From: a bacterium
GTDB lineage: Bacteria; UBA8248
Assembly (NCBI GenBank): GCA_965200245.1
Contig: CBDATS010000005.1
Span: 160,001 to 224,000 of the forward strand
Direction of reading: 5' to 3'
Length of the DNA stretch: 64,000 nucleotides
Every line of letters starts with the position of its first letter. Positions within the stretch are counted from its first letter, which is position 1. The translations under genes and the position numbers were made by a program. The notes under the pieces were generated by a model, which was not told where the DNA came from, ran no database searches, and saw only the letters and a program-made list of their open reading frames with translations. This document shows, piece after piece, positions 9,192-18,816 of this stretch.

Positions 9192-9911
9192 ATGGAATTG
9201 ATCGATCTGAGCATGGAAATATACCGGGACATGCCAATCTACCCGGACCTCCCCGGCCCCTCCCTCACCGTCGATGAAGACTGGGATACAGTTGCCAGAC
9301 GCACGGGCGCCATCGACTACGGCGCCCCCATTGTGACAAATCACTGCGTCATCTTCATGAGCGACCACACGGGTACGCACATCGACTCCCCCTGGCACAA
9401 CAATCCCGATGGCTTCACGACCGAACGCATCCCGCTCGAGTGGTGTCTTTCGGACGGCGTCGTCCTCGACTTCACGGACAAGGAGTCGGGCTACACCATC
9501 ACCGCGGCGGATGTGGAGAGCGCACTCAAAAAGATCGACTACACCCTCAAGCCCCTCGATATCGTGCTCATCCGCACCGACGCAAGCGTGGACTGGCAGA
9601 CGAATCCCGACTACACCATGAACCAGCCCGGCATGAGTGCCGAGGCGACCCACTACCTGATTGACAACGGCATCCGCGTAATGGGGATCGACGCGAGTGG
9701 CTGGGATGTGCCTATCTGGAAGATGCACGAGACACGCAGCTACTGGGAGGCCCACCGGGTCATGCTGGAGAAGGATTACTGCCACATCGAGAACATGATC
9801 AACCTGAACCTCATTCCCAGGCCCTTCGGCTTCAAGCTCTCGGTGTTGCCTATCAAGTTCCGGGGCATTTCGGGCTCTCCCATCCGTGCGGTGGCGATTA
9901 TCGACGCCTAG
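9192..9911 (+). CDS. Cyclase family metal-dependent hydrolase (kynurenine formamidase / isatin hydrolase-like)
   Basis: LIDLS, HTGTHIDSPWH (HxGTHxDxPxH), GIDASG, HRVML, HIEN, GSPIRAVAI. AAGGAG RBS. Confidence 0.92.
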   Translation: MELIDLSMEIYRDMPIYPDLPGPSLTVDEDWDTVARRTGAIDYGAPIVTNHCVIFMSDHTGTHIDSPWHNNPDGFTTERIPLEWCLSDGVVLDFTDKESGYTITAADVESALKKIDYTLKPLDIVLIRTDASVDWQTNPDYTMNQPGMSAEATHYLIDNGIRVMGIDASGWDVPIWKMHETRSYWEAHRVMLEKDYCHIENMINLNLIPRPFGFKLSVLPIKFRGISGSPIRAVAIIDA

Positions 9912-9932
9912 ACCTCCCGGGGAGCGAGTGGC

Positions 9933-11501
9933 ATGGTGCTGGCCGTCTGCGTCCTATCCGGCGCGTACCACGATTCTGTGAAACTCATGCGCATCAGCGC
10001 CGCAGCTACACAGAAGCCAGGCGTACGCCAAGCAGCGGCACTCATGGGCACACCGATGAATCTCGAGCAACTCGCAGCCAGCGGCCTTTTCGCTGAAGAA
10101 GCGAGAAGCGCGGGGCCGAACGACCTCGTCCTGGTCGTCGATGCGCAAGATACACAAACAGCGCAACAAGAGCTCACCATAATGGAAACTGCTCTCACCA
10201 CCCCCCGTGCAGATGGCGGTGCGGGCGTGTTCGCAAACCTCGCGGTGCCCACGCTCGATGCCGCACTCGGCAAGGACCCCTCGATCAACCTGGCTCTTTT
10301 CTCGATTCCTGGCCCGAGCGTGCGCCGCGAGGCGACTCGCGCGCTGGGGATGGGCCTCCACTGCCTCATCTTCAGCGACAACGTGCCGGTGGAAGACGAG
10401 GTGGCTCTCAAGCGAATCGGACGCGAGCGGGGACTGCTCGTGATGGGTCCCGACTGCGGCACGGCCCACATCGCAGGCGTGGGCCTCGGGTTTTGCAACG
10501 TGGCGCGTCCGGGCGAAATCGGTATCGTGGGCGCAGCCGGAACGGGAATTCAGGAAGCCATGGCCAGTATCGATTCGGCAGGCGGGGGAATCTCCTGCGC
10601 CTTGGGGACCGGCGGGCGCGACGTCACCGCCGCTGTCTGCGGCCTCGCCATGATCCAGGCTATCGAAGCCCTGATTGAAGATGCGACTACAAAGGTTCTC
10701 CTCATTCTCGGAAAACCGCCCGAGCCCGCCGCTTTGGAGAAGATACTGGAAGCAACGGCCCGCTGCGAAAAACCCGCCGTCATCCATTTCGTCGGATCTG
10801 GCACCGGGGATACAGAGCGACTCTTGCACACGAATCCTGGTCTCCACGCTGCGGGTTCACTCGCAGAAGCGGGCAGGCTCGCCGTCTCGCTGTGCGAAGG
10901 TCATGCCAAGGCAGCGAAGCCCAAACTCGGTCCCGAAGTTCAAGAGAATATCTCGGCGTGGAGCCGCACAAGCCCGAGGAGCCGTCGATTTCTCCGCGGC
11001 GTCTACACGGGAGGGACGCTTTGTGCCGAAGCCCAGGCCATCGTCGGAGAAACGGTTCCGGGAATTCGCTCCAATGCTCCACTGGACAAGAACCAAGGCA
11101 TGATGGCCGACCCCATGAAATCTGAGGGTCATGCAGTGGTGGACATGGGTGAGGATCTGTTCACGCGCGGAAAGCCCCATCCCATGATCGACCCCACACC
11201 CAGAAGTGCTCGCATTCTTCAGGAAGCCCAAGACCCGGAAACGGCGGTCTTGCTCATTGACGTCGTTCTCGGCCTTGGTGCGCATCATGATCCAGCGGGA
11301 GAGGCGGCGAAGGTCATTGAGCGCGCGCGGGATGCGGGTGCCGGCATCCTGTTCATCGCCTCCGTCACGGGAACCGAGGGCGACCCGCAGGGTCTGAAGG
11401 AACAGCGAGACAGGTTGAAGGTGGCAGGTGTGCTGGTGGCGGATACGCACGCGGATGCGTGCCTCGCCGCCGCCGCCGCGCTGCAGGCCATCGACCGATG
11501 A
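9933..11501 (+). CDS. fdrA: FdrA / AllF-like acyl-CoA-synthetase-fold protein (oxamate carbamoyltransferase subunit)
   Basis: YHDSVKLM, MGTPMN, FSDNV, LLVMGPDCGT, GTGGRD, YTGGTLCAEA, FTRGKPHPMIDP (phospho-His loop), DVVLGLGAHHDPA. Confidence 0.92.
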   Translation: MVLAVCVLSGAYHDSVKLMRISAAATQKPGVRQAAALMGTPMNLEQLAASGLFAEEARSAGPNDLVLVVDAQDTQTAQQELTIMETALTTPRADGGAGVFANLAVPTLDAALGKDPSINLALFSIPGPSVRREATRALGMGLHCLIFSDNVPVEDEVALKRIGRERGLLVMGPDCGTAHIAGVGLGFCNVARPGEIGIVGAAGTGIQEAMASIDSAGGGISCALGTGGRDVTAAVCGLAMIQAIEALIEDATTKVLLILGKPPEPAALEKILEATARCEKPAVIHFVGSGTGDTERLLHTNPGLHAAGSLAEAGRLAVSLCEGHAKAAKPKLGPEVQENISAWSRTSPRSRRFLRGVYTGGTLCAEAQAIVGETVPGIRSNAPLDKNQGMMADPMKSEGHAVVDMGEDLFTRGKPHPMIDPTPRSARILQEAQDPETAVLLIDVVLGLGAHHDPAGEAAKVIERARDAGAGILFIASVTGTEGDPQGLKEQRDRLKVAGVLVADTHADACLAAAAALQAIDR

Positions 11502-12916
11502 GCACGAAAAAATTGCTGGAGGGCATCCGCATCGCCAATATCGGCGTGGAGTTGTTCGCGGAAAGTATCGCTGCGCAGAATGCCCCCGTGGTGCAGGTGG
11601 ACTGGCGTCCCCCGGCCGGAGGAGACCCCGAAATGATGAATCGCCTCGACAGATTGGCCGCCTGTGATGCGGCCAACGACATCGCCATCGAGAGGCTTCA
11701 GGCCGCAAGGCCCGTATGGGTGGATGTCGGCGTCGCCATGGAAGACATACCCGGCATGGGCGAGCGCACCCTCCTCCACGCGGGCCCTCCAATTACCTGG
11801 GAGAGAATGTCCGGGCCTCTTCGGGGCGCGATGACAGGCGCGACTCTCCTGGAAGGATGGGCGCAGGACGCGAATGAAGCCGAACAGCTATGTGCGAGCG
11901 GGGAGATCGCTTTCGAGCCGTGCCACCATCACTCGTCGGTGGAACCGATGGCGGGCGTGGTATCGCCCTCCATGCCGGTGAGCATCATCGAAAATCGAGC
12001 CCCAGCAGAACTCGGCGGCGGCGGAAGGGCTTACTGCACCCTGAACGAGGGTTTGGGCAAAGTACTTCGCTACGGCGCGTATTCCGAAGACGTGCTGGAA
12101 CGCCTCAAATGGATGGCGGAGGAACTGGCCCCTGCCCTGCGCGCGGCGCTCCGTGCGACTCCCGAGGGGCTGGACATCAAGAGCGTCATCGCGCGCGCTT
12201 TGCAGATGGGCGATGAGGCGCATAACCGGAACGTCGCGTCCACGTCGTGTATTGCCCGCACCCTCATGCCCTGCCTCGCGGAGACGGTAAACGACACATG
12301 GGTAATTTCCCGCGTGGCGGCTTTTTGGGCGGGCAACGATCACTTCTTTCTGAACCTCGCAATGCCCGCCGCCAAGGCGAGTCTCGACACCATGGCCGGT
12401 ATCGAGGGGTCCTCTCTGGTCTACGCCATGTCGCGCAACGGGACAGATTTCGGTATCAGGGTCGCCGGTCTGGGGGATGCGTGGTTCACCGCGCCCGCGA
12501 AACATCCTGTGGGGCTGTTTTTTCCCGGCTTCTCGCAAGAAGATGCAAACCCCGACATCGGCGATTCGGCCATCATGGAGACACTCGGCGTCGGCGGCTT
12601 CGCCATGGCTGCAGCGCCCGCTATTGTATCGTTCGTAGGCAGCTCGACGGCGGAAGCCTTTCAGGCGACGAACGAAATGTACGGGATCACCTGGGCGAGG
12701 AGCCGCGACTACACCCTTCCCGTACTCGATTTTGCGGGCGTGCCGATGGGCATCGACATCCGCAAGGTGATCGAAACGGGCATCTACCCCAACATCAACA
12801 CCGGAATCGCCTCCAGGAACGCCGGCGTCGGGCAAATAGGCGCAGGCGTCCTACGCGCCCCCGAAGCGCCGTTTCAAAAAGCCTTTGAAGCCCTAGTCGA
12901 CAAGGTGCCGGATTAG
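11498..12916 (+). CDS. ylbE: YlbE / AllG-like DUF1116 protein with N-terminal FdrA-tail segment
   Basis: LLHAGPP, PCHHH, LNEGLGKVLRYGA, MGDEAHNRN, NDHFFLNLAM, RNGTDFGI, DIGDSAIMET, INTGIA, GQIGAG. ATGA overlap with fdrA. Confidence 0.92.
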   Translation: MSTKKLLEGIRIANIGVELFAESIAAQNAPVVQVDWRPPAGGDPEMMNRLDRLAACDAANDIAIERLQAARPVWVDVGVAMEDIPGMGERTLLHAGPPITWERMSGPLRGAMTGATLLEGWAQDANEAEQLCASGEIAFEPCHHHSSVEPMAGVVSPSMPVSIIENRAPAELGGGGRAYCTLNEGLGKVLRYGAYSEDVLERLKWMAEELAPALRAALRATPEGLDIKSVIARALQMGDEAHNRNVASTSCIARTLMPCLAETVNDTWVISRVAAFWAGNDHFFLNLAMPAAKASLDTMAGIEGSSLVYAMSRNGTDFGIRVAGLGDAWFTAPAKHPVGLFFPGFSQEDANPDIGDSAIMETLGVGGFAMAAAPAIVSFVGSSTAEAFQATNEMYGITWARSRDYTLPVLDFAGVPMGIDIRKVIETGIYPNINTGIASRNAGVGQIGAGVLRAPEAPFQKAFEALVDKVPD

Positions 12917-13161
12917 CGAGAGGGTGTTTCTGTTCCAAAGAACGCCGCTCCCTTGAGGCTTATCCGAAATCGGGGAGCACGGTACCCTTCCCCAAGTCGC
13001 AGACACATTTGCAGCCCAGCGCCAGAGCGGCACAACGACTGACTAGCCCGACGGATATCCAGACACCTCGGAAGTATATGTATTTATGAGCCAAGCGCAC
13101 ATTTCGCCAGTCCTTCACAGTGCGTAGCAATTTTCCTTTTCTCTCCGGTTGGGGTTCGCCC

Positions 13162-14038
13162 TCACGCGGCCTGCCATACGATCGCCACCATGCCGATGAA
13201 CAACAAGACCGCGCCCACCGTTTTCCGCCAGGTAATCTCTTCTTCCCCCTTGAGCCAGATGCGGGCGAATAGCAGGGAAAACAGCGGCGCGGTGTAGACG
13301 ATGGGGGCGATGATCGACACTTCGCCGTAGCGATACGCTGTGAAATGGCAGAAAAAAGAAAGCGTGAGAATCGAGCCCGCAAGCGCAAATCCCGTCACGC
13401 CCGCGCGGTTGAACGAAAAACGCTGATCTTCGGGCAGAAAGGGATAGAACACGAACAGCATGGGAACGGAGATCGCATAGGCAAGCGTCGCTCCCAGCAG
13501 CGGTTCGGGCATGAGGGCGAGTGCGTGCTTTCTGATGGACGCGGCAAAGGCGAACGAAACGGCGTGGGCCATCGGCAGGAGGATGAATATCCTTCGCCAG
13601 GGTTTCTCGCCTTCACTTTTGAGCGCCAGCAACACGCACCCTGCGACCACAAAGAGCGTCGCCCCCAGCACCAGAACGCCCGGACGTTCACCGAGCCAGG
13701 CCATCGCCACGAGAGTGGAAAAAAAAAGGCGTCACCGTGATGAGCGGCATGGCGCGTCCCACCCCGATATAGCCGATGCTCAGGAACATGAGGGCCTGTG
13801 CCATTCCGGGCGCAAGCGCGCCACCCGTCAGAAACCACAGGGCGACCGGCAGCGTAAGTTCACTCCATGGAGAAAGAAATGCCGAGATTGTGACCAGGAC
13901 AACCGTTCCGATGCTGAGTGTAATCAGGCTGCCCGTGAAGGCACTCGCGTGGCGCATGTTCCGCCGTGCCATGACACTGAAGGCGGCGAACGATACCGAC
14001 GACGCGAGACTCAGTGCGATGGCGAGGTGTTGATCCAA
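13162..14038 (-). CDS. EamA/DMT family transporter, frameshifted in a T9 run
   Basis: Two hydrophobic halves (13688-14038 and 13162-13710). Removing one base of the run at 13719-13727 gives TPFFSTLVAMAWLGERP. Confidence 0.8.
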
Positions 14039-14157
14039 GGCGGGAGCTTACCGGTGAAAGAACAGGCAAATGGGAGGATTCACGCTCCCGCACGCGGTGG
14101 TGGGTGTCGATCCAATCTCGTACACCCCTGATTTCGGCAAACGCCGTGCAAGAAGCT

Positions 14158-14670
14158 TCAGCAACCTGTCTTCTTGCACCTGATACACTCTACGATACTG
14201 TCCGGCTCGTTCGACCTGGAGGAGCGTTCCACGTCGTAGTCTTCCATCTTTGCATTACCGAACAGGCCAATGAGCATTCTTCCGTCTTCCAGGACGATAT
14301 AATCCCCAATCAGGACCCTGCCGGTAGCTTCATCCCTAGCGGCCCTGCGGTAAATGTGCCGGATCCCGATTCTGTGGTTGCAAGAAGCAGCGTAGCGAAG
14401 GCCGTTTTTCAAGACGTGGGCCTTCCCGTCCACGATTTCCGTCTGTACCTTGCGTTCTCCGCCGGAAAGCCAACCATCAACGAAGGTCACTCGCGTGATC
14501 CCGTCCTCACCGACTTCAAAGGATATTTTCACGTAGCGTGTTTCGCCGCAAATCCACTCGCCGATCATCTTCTGGTCACAAATTGTGGCAGGTTCTGCGG
14601 CGGACGCACCTCCTGCGGTTCCAGCGAGAACGAGCGAGAGCAGCAACGCTTTCGGCAGAGTCGAAAACAT
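14158..14670 (-). CDS. Hypothetical secreted protein
   Basis: Signal peptide MFSTLPKALLLSLVLAGTAGGASA with GGAG RBS, several Cys and a beta-strand-rich pattern. No family recognised. Confidence 0.6.
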   Translation of the reverse strand: MFSTLPKALLLSLVLAGTAGGASAAEPATICDQKMIGEWICGETRYVKISFEVGEDGITRVTFVDGWLSGGERKVQTEIVDGKAHVLKNGLRYAASCNHRIGIRHIYRRAARDEATGRVLIGDYIVLEDGRMLIGLFGNAKMEDYDVERSSRSNEPDSIVECIRCKKTGC

Positions 14671-14813
14671 GGGTTTCTCCCCGCTAACGTCCGGCTGCAC
14701 GCAATCCTGCGCCAGGCAGGCGAAAAATACGCCGCCCGCCCTTATTTCCTCCGCCGCGCACCCAAGCCCCGAATGGAGTTTCGGTCAACGATCTTCACAA
14801 CGAACATCTACTG

Positions 14814-16034
14814 CTAGAAATACACTTCCCCTGGTCTTACGGGCGGGGTCCACTCGCACTCGCCAAAGGGTCCGTCGCCGTTTTCCTTGACGTAGGCGAT
14901 GCGATTGTCGTTCACGGTCTCGCCAACAAGGGCACGGTGCAACCAGTCGAGAATGTACTGGTGATTATCAATGCCGCCCAGATTCGAGAGGCTCACAAGG
15001 GGGTGGAACTGGTTCTCGAACACCCACATCTCCTTCTTGCAAGTGAGATCCTCATACACTTCGATGGCATCCTCAAGCGGGCAAAGCGGGTCGAACTCGC
15101 CTGTCACCAGAAGCGTGGGGCATTGAACCTTGTCCATGTAGCCCTTGACGGTCATGTTACGCGCCATCTCGTCGAACGCATCCTCATCGTCCATGCCCGC
15201 CATATACATGAACACCTGTTTGAAGCGCGGCGAGGACTGCGTGAAGATGGTGTTGTTCGGGTTGAAACACGCCACAGCACTCGCCACCGCCGCCGCCCGG
15301 TGGTCGTAGCACGCCAGGCGAAGCGACCAGAAACTTCCCATGCTGATGCCGTAGATGCCGATCTTGGTGGGCTCGATCTCCTCACGCCCGAGAAGGTAGT
15401 CCATTACCGCAGCGCCCGCGCGCTCGTAGTTGTCGCCAACGGCGCGGATTTTCTGGATGTTGGAGTTGCCCTGCCCCGGGCCGTCCATCGCCAAAACGTG
15501 AAAACCCCTGTCCGCAGCCACGTTGTGCCTGGCGTGGGGGAAGACTTCCTTGGTCTGGTCCATGCCCGGCACGTAGATGACACACGGCGCTTTTCTCCGG
15601 TCAGGCAAGAGGTGCAGCAGGCAGGAGATGGTCTTGCCGTCATCAAAGGGCACCTCGACGCGCTCGATGGGATACGATGCCGTTTCCGATCGTCTGTCGA
15701 CCATTTCCTTGAGCTTGTTGCAAAGGTAAACCTTCACCGGGTTGTCGTCATAGAAAATCGGGTGCTGCGCCATGCGATAAGCTTCGATGGCGTGGTCGTA
15801 GTGCTCGGTGGCCGTGGCGTTGAAACCCTCCCTCTGGGCCTTGTTGCCGAGTTTTTCGTGGAATTCCGCGGATTCGCGCCAGACCTTGGGCAACATCTGG
15901 TAGTTGTGGGCGCGCTTGCCTTGGGGTACTTCCAGGTAATCGCGCTCGAAGTTCTGGACTCTGCCTCTCATGTTCAGGGCCAAGTCCAGCATCCACTGCT
16001 GATTGTCTCTTTCGGTACGTAGTTTGCGAATCAT
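14814..16034 (-). CDS. Alpha/beta hydrolase of the 2,6-dihydroxypseudooxynicotine hydrolase / FrsA-like family
   Basis: PGMDQTKE, MDGPGQG, nucleophile elbow GISMG, GEFDPL, FHPL, plus an N-terminal helical domain. Confidence 0.85.
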   Translation of the reverse strand: MIRKLRTERDNQQWMLDLALNMRGRVQNFERDYLEVPQGKRAHNYQMLPKVWRESAEFHEKLGNKAQREGFNATATEHYDHAIEAYRMAQHPIFYDDNPVKVYLCNKLKEMVDRRSETASYPIERVEVPFDDGKTISCLLHLLPDRRKAPCVIYVPGMDQTKEVFPHARHNVAADRGFHVLAMDGPGQGNSNIQKIRAVGDNYERAGAAVMDYLLGREEIEPTKIGIYGISMGSFWSLRLACYDHRAAAVASAVACFNPNNTIFTQSSPRFKQVFMYMAGMDDEDAFDEMARNMTVKGYMDKVQCPTLLVTGEFDPLCPLEDAIEVYEDLTCKKEMWVFENQFHPLVSLSNLGGIDNHQYILDWLHRALVGETVNDNRIAYVKENGDGPFGECEWTPPVRPGEVYF

Positions 16035-16107
16035 TTTTCTCTCCACGTTGAAAAATGGCAAAAGAAGTTTCGCCGACAAATATTCCCTTCACCCGGATGC
16101 GGGCGGA

Positions 16108-16136
16108 ATGCTAAGCGGGGCGCGCCTTGCGGTCAA
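16108..16136 (-). promoter_or_regulatory. Candidate sigma70 promoter for the hydrolase gene
   Basis: Minus strand TTGACC, 17-nt spacer, TAGCAT. Confidence 0.45.
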
Positions 16137-16170
16137 TGCACTCGACTCAACAGATAAGGTTACCTAGCAC

Positions 16171-17343
16171 CTAGCGGACGACACCCCCCCTCCTGAGGGC
16201 AGCTATCTCCCCTGCCGGGAAGCCGAGTTCGCCCAGCACCTCATCGGCATGCTGGCCCAATACCGGCGGCGGCCTTCGCACGGAAGAAGGCGTCCTGTCG
16301 AATTTCACGGGCACGCCGCCCAACCGCAAAACACCGTATTCAGGGTGCTCGGCCCGGGCGAGATAACCCATCGCCTTCATCTGAGGATCCTCGTAGAGAT
16401 CGGTGGGCTTTCGCACGCGCGCGCAGGGCACGCCCACATTCTCGAACCTGTGCACCCATGTCTCCCCGGTCGCAGTGAGCAACACATTCTGCACAATGGG
16501 GATGATTTCCCCGCGCGCATCGTGCCTTCCCCGAAAGGTTCGCCACGCCTCCTCTTCCAGTAATTCGGGAAGACCCAGTATCTCGGAGGATTTCTCCCAG
16601 AATCCGTCCACGTCCATGTAGAGATAGATGTGGCCGTCCGACACCTCATAGATGCGGGCGATGCGATCGCTCAGGGCGTCTTCCACATCCGATACGGGCT
16701 CCATTTCACTCGCCCACATGAGGCGGCCGAACTGCATGGCTGTCGCCCCACCCAACAGAGAGGCATCGATCCGCTGGCCCTCACCGGTACGTTCACGAGT
16801 GTAGAGCGCCATCATCACCGCGCCATATGCGAGCGCGCCCGTCATGTAGTCCACGAAAGAACCCTGCACGAGTTCAGGTGCACCGCCCCCGCCTTGCTCT
16901 GCGGGGATGCCCGCCGTCGTCTGGATGATGGGGTCGATGCCCCGGCGTTCGCGCTGGGGGCCTCCCTGGCCGTAGGCGGACACCGAGAGATAGATAAGCC
17001 GGGAATTTTCTCGCATCAGGGCGTCTGCTCCGAGCCCGAGCTTCTCAATGGCACCGGGGCGATAGCCTTCCACGAACACGTCCATATGAGCGGCCAGTTT
17101 CCTGGCGATTTCGCGGCCCTTCTGTTCGCGCAGGTTAAGGGCGAGGCTGCGCTTGCTGCGGTTGAGCCCCAGAAACAGCCTGCTCTCCCCGGAAAAAGAA
17201 GACGGAAAATTCCGCACGCGGTCGCCCTCAGGCGGTTCGAGCTTCACCACGTCCGCGCCCGCATCTCCCATCATCAGCGTGCAGAACGGCCCCGCCACGT
17301 AATGCGTGAGGTCCAGCACCCTGATTCCTTGCAAACCGTCCAT
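16171..17343 (-). CDS. Family III CoA-transferase (CaiB/BaiF)
   Basis: LQGIRVLDLT, AGPFCT, GADVVKLEPP, NRSKRSLALNL, VSAYGQGGP, catalytic Asp region VDYMTG, PPVLGQH. Confidence 0.93.
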   Translation of the reverse strand: MDGLQGIRVLDLTHYVAGPFCTLMMGDAGADVVKLEPPEGDRVRNFPSSFSGESRLFLGLNRSKRSLALNLREQKGREIARKLAAHMDVFVEGYRPGAIEKLGLGADALMRENSRLIYLSVSAYGQGGPQRERRGIDPIIQTTAGIPAEQGGGGAPELVQGSFVDYMTGALAYGAVMMALYTRERTGEGQRIDASLLGGATAMQFGRLMWASEMEPVSDVEDALSDRIARIYEVSDGHIYLYMDVDGFWEKSSEILGLPELLEEEAWRTFRGRHDARGEIIPIVQNVLLTATGETWVHRFENVGVPCARVRKPTDLYEDPQMKAMGYLARAEHPEYGVLRLGGVPVKFDRTPSSVRRPPPVLGQHADEVLGELGFPAGEIAALRRGGVVR

Positions 17344-17389
17344 GTCTTTCCTTGAAAAATACTTGAAGTATACCTGTTTATCTTTTGAT

Positions 17390-17806
17390 TTATAACCGTT
17401 TATTCACTTTCTCTATCTTTCGCAACAGTTTTTCGTTCTTGCACATGCGGGGAACGATGAAGCGCTCGTTCGTGCCCCGGGCGACGATTTCTTCCTCGTC
17501 GTGAATCTCCACTTCGAAGACGCATCGCCTGCCTTCACGCTCAATGAGCCGCGCCCGCGCCTCCACGCGCATCCCCTTGGGCGTTCCTGCCATGTGGTTG
17601 AGAGATACCTTCGTCCCCACGCTCGTCTGCCCAGCATCCAGGTGTTCCGCCAGCGCGTCCATGGCGGCCTTTTCCATGAAGCGTACAAGTTCGGGTGTCG
17701 CCACCACCTCCGCGTTCGTGCCCCGGAGGTGGTGGGGCACATGCTCATCCGCCACGACGACGGAATACGTCCCCTCAAGTCCCGGCTGAATCTTATCATC
17801 ATTCAT
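17390..17806 (-). CDS. FlK-like hot-dog thioesterase (fluoroacetyl-CoA thioesterase family)
   Basis: VVATPELVRFMEKAA (Thr, Glu) and TSVGTKVSLNHMAGTPKG (His) catalytic triad pattern. Confidence 0.85.
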   Translation of the reverse strand: MNDDKIQPGLEGTYSVVVADEHVPHHLRGTNAEVVATPELVRFMEKAAMDALAEHLDAGQTSVGTKVSLNHMAGTPKGMRVEARARLIEREGRRCVFEVEIHDEEEIVARGTNERFIVPRMCKNEKLLRKIEKVNKRL

Positions 17807-17835
17807 GTGGATTCACCCGATTCTCGCGACAGCGA

Positions 17836-18816
17836 CTAGTTGCCCATTGTCAGGACGATTTTCCCGAAGATATTCCCGGTCATGAGCAAATCGTGGGCAC
17901 GCGCAGCCTCTGCGAGTGGTATCGTCTCCCCTACAGAGGCGCGCACCCTGCCGTCGGGGAGCAGAAGACCCAAGTGACGCACCATTTCCGGGAATACGGG
18001 GTCGGAATTGAACAGGCTCAACCCGCGCACGTCTATGTCTTTTGAATAAAAGGGCGGATAGTTCACCGAACCTACCGGGTTCTTGCCTGTGCCCGCGCCA
18101 AGCACGACGATGCAGCCGTATTTTTTCACCGCCCGGCAATCGGCGTCAAAATTTTCGGCCGCCACCATTTCAATCACCGAATCCACTCCACGCCCGTCGG
18201 TCTCGGCGAGGCAGCGGTCGGCGAAATCCTCCTCGCGGTAGTTGATCACTACATCCGCGCCGAATTCACGGCAAAACGCAGCCTTGTCTTCGGAACTCAC
18301 GGTAGTGATGACGCGCACGCCCGCAGCCTTTGCGATCTGAATCCCCATGCAACCCACGCCGCCGGCCCCCGCGTGGATGAGCACCGTCTCACCCGCCTTG
18401 ATGCCCGCTTTGTATATCAGTGCATAGTAGGCCGTATACAAAACCACAGGCAGGGAAGCACCCTCCTCATAGGAGAAGCTGTCCGGGAGCTTCGCCGTGC
18501 GGAGGGGGTTCAAGATCGCCTTTTCGGCGTAAGAACCACTCACCGCCACGCCGAAGACTCTCTCGTTGGGGGAGAAACCCCTTACGCCCTCGCCCACAGC
18601 CAGCACGTCGCCTGCCGCGTCGACGCCAGGCGTCCAGGGCAGGGCCAGGCTTTTGGAGAGCGGATGTGCGCCCGAGCGGAAGGTGGTATCCACCGGATTC
18701 ACACCCGCCGCCTTCACGTCCACCAGTATTTGGCCCGGTCCGGGCGTCGGATCCGCCGCGTCTTCGAGCACCATCACTTCCGGGTCGCCGAATTCATGTA
18801 CGTGTATCACCTTCAT
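17836..18816 (-). CDS. NADPH:quinone oxidoreductase (MDR/zeta-crystallin family)
   Basis: AAGVNPVD, PGVDAAG, GSYAE, IHAGAGGVG, GKIVL. Confidence 0.92.
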   Translation of the reverse strand: MKVIHVHEFGDPEVMVLEDAADPTPGPGQILVDVKAAGVNPVDTTFRSGAHPLSKSLALPWTPGVDAAGDVLAVGEGVRGFSPNERVFGVAVSGSYAEKAILNPLRTAKLPDSFSYEEGASLPVVLYTAYYALIYKAGIKAGETVLIHAGAGGVGCMGIQIAKAAGVRVITTVSSEDKAAFCREFGADVVINYREEDFADRCLAETDGRGVDSVIEMVAAENFDADCRAVKKYGCIVVLGAGTGKNPVGSVNYPPFYSKDIDVRGLSLFNSDPVFPEMVRHLGLLLPDGRVRASVGETIPLAEAARAHDLLMTGNIFGKIVLTMGN

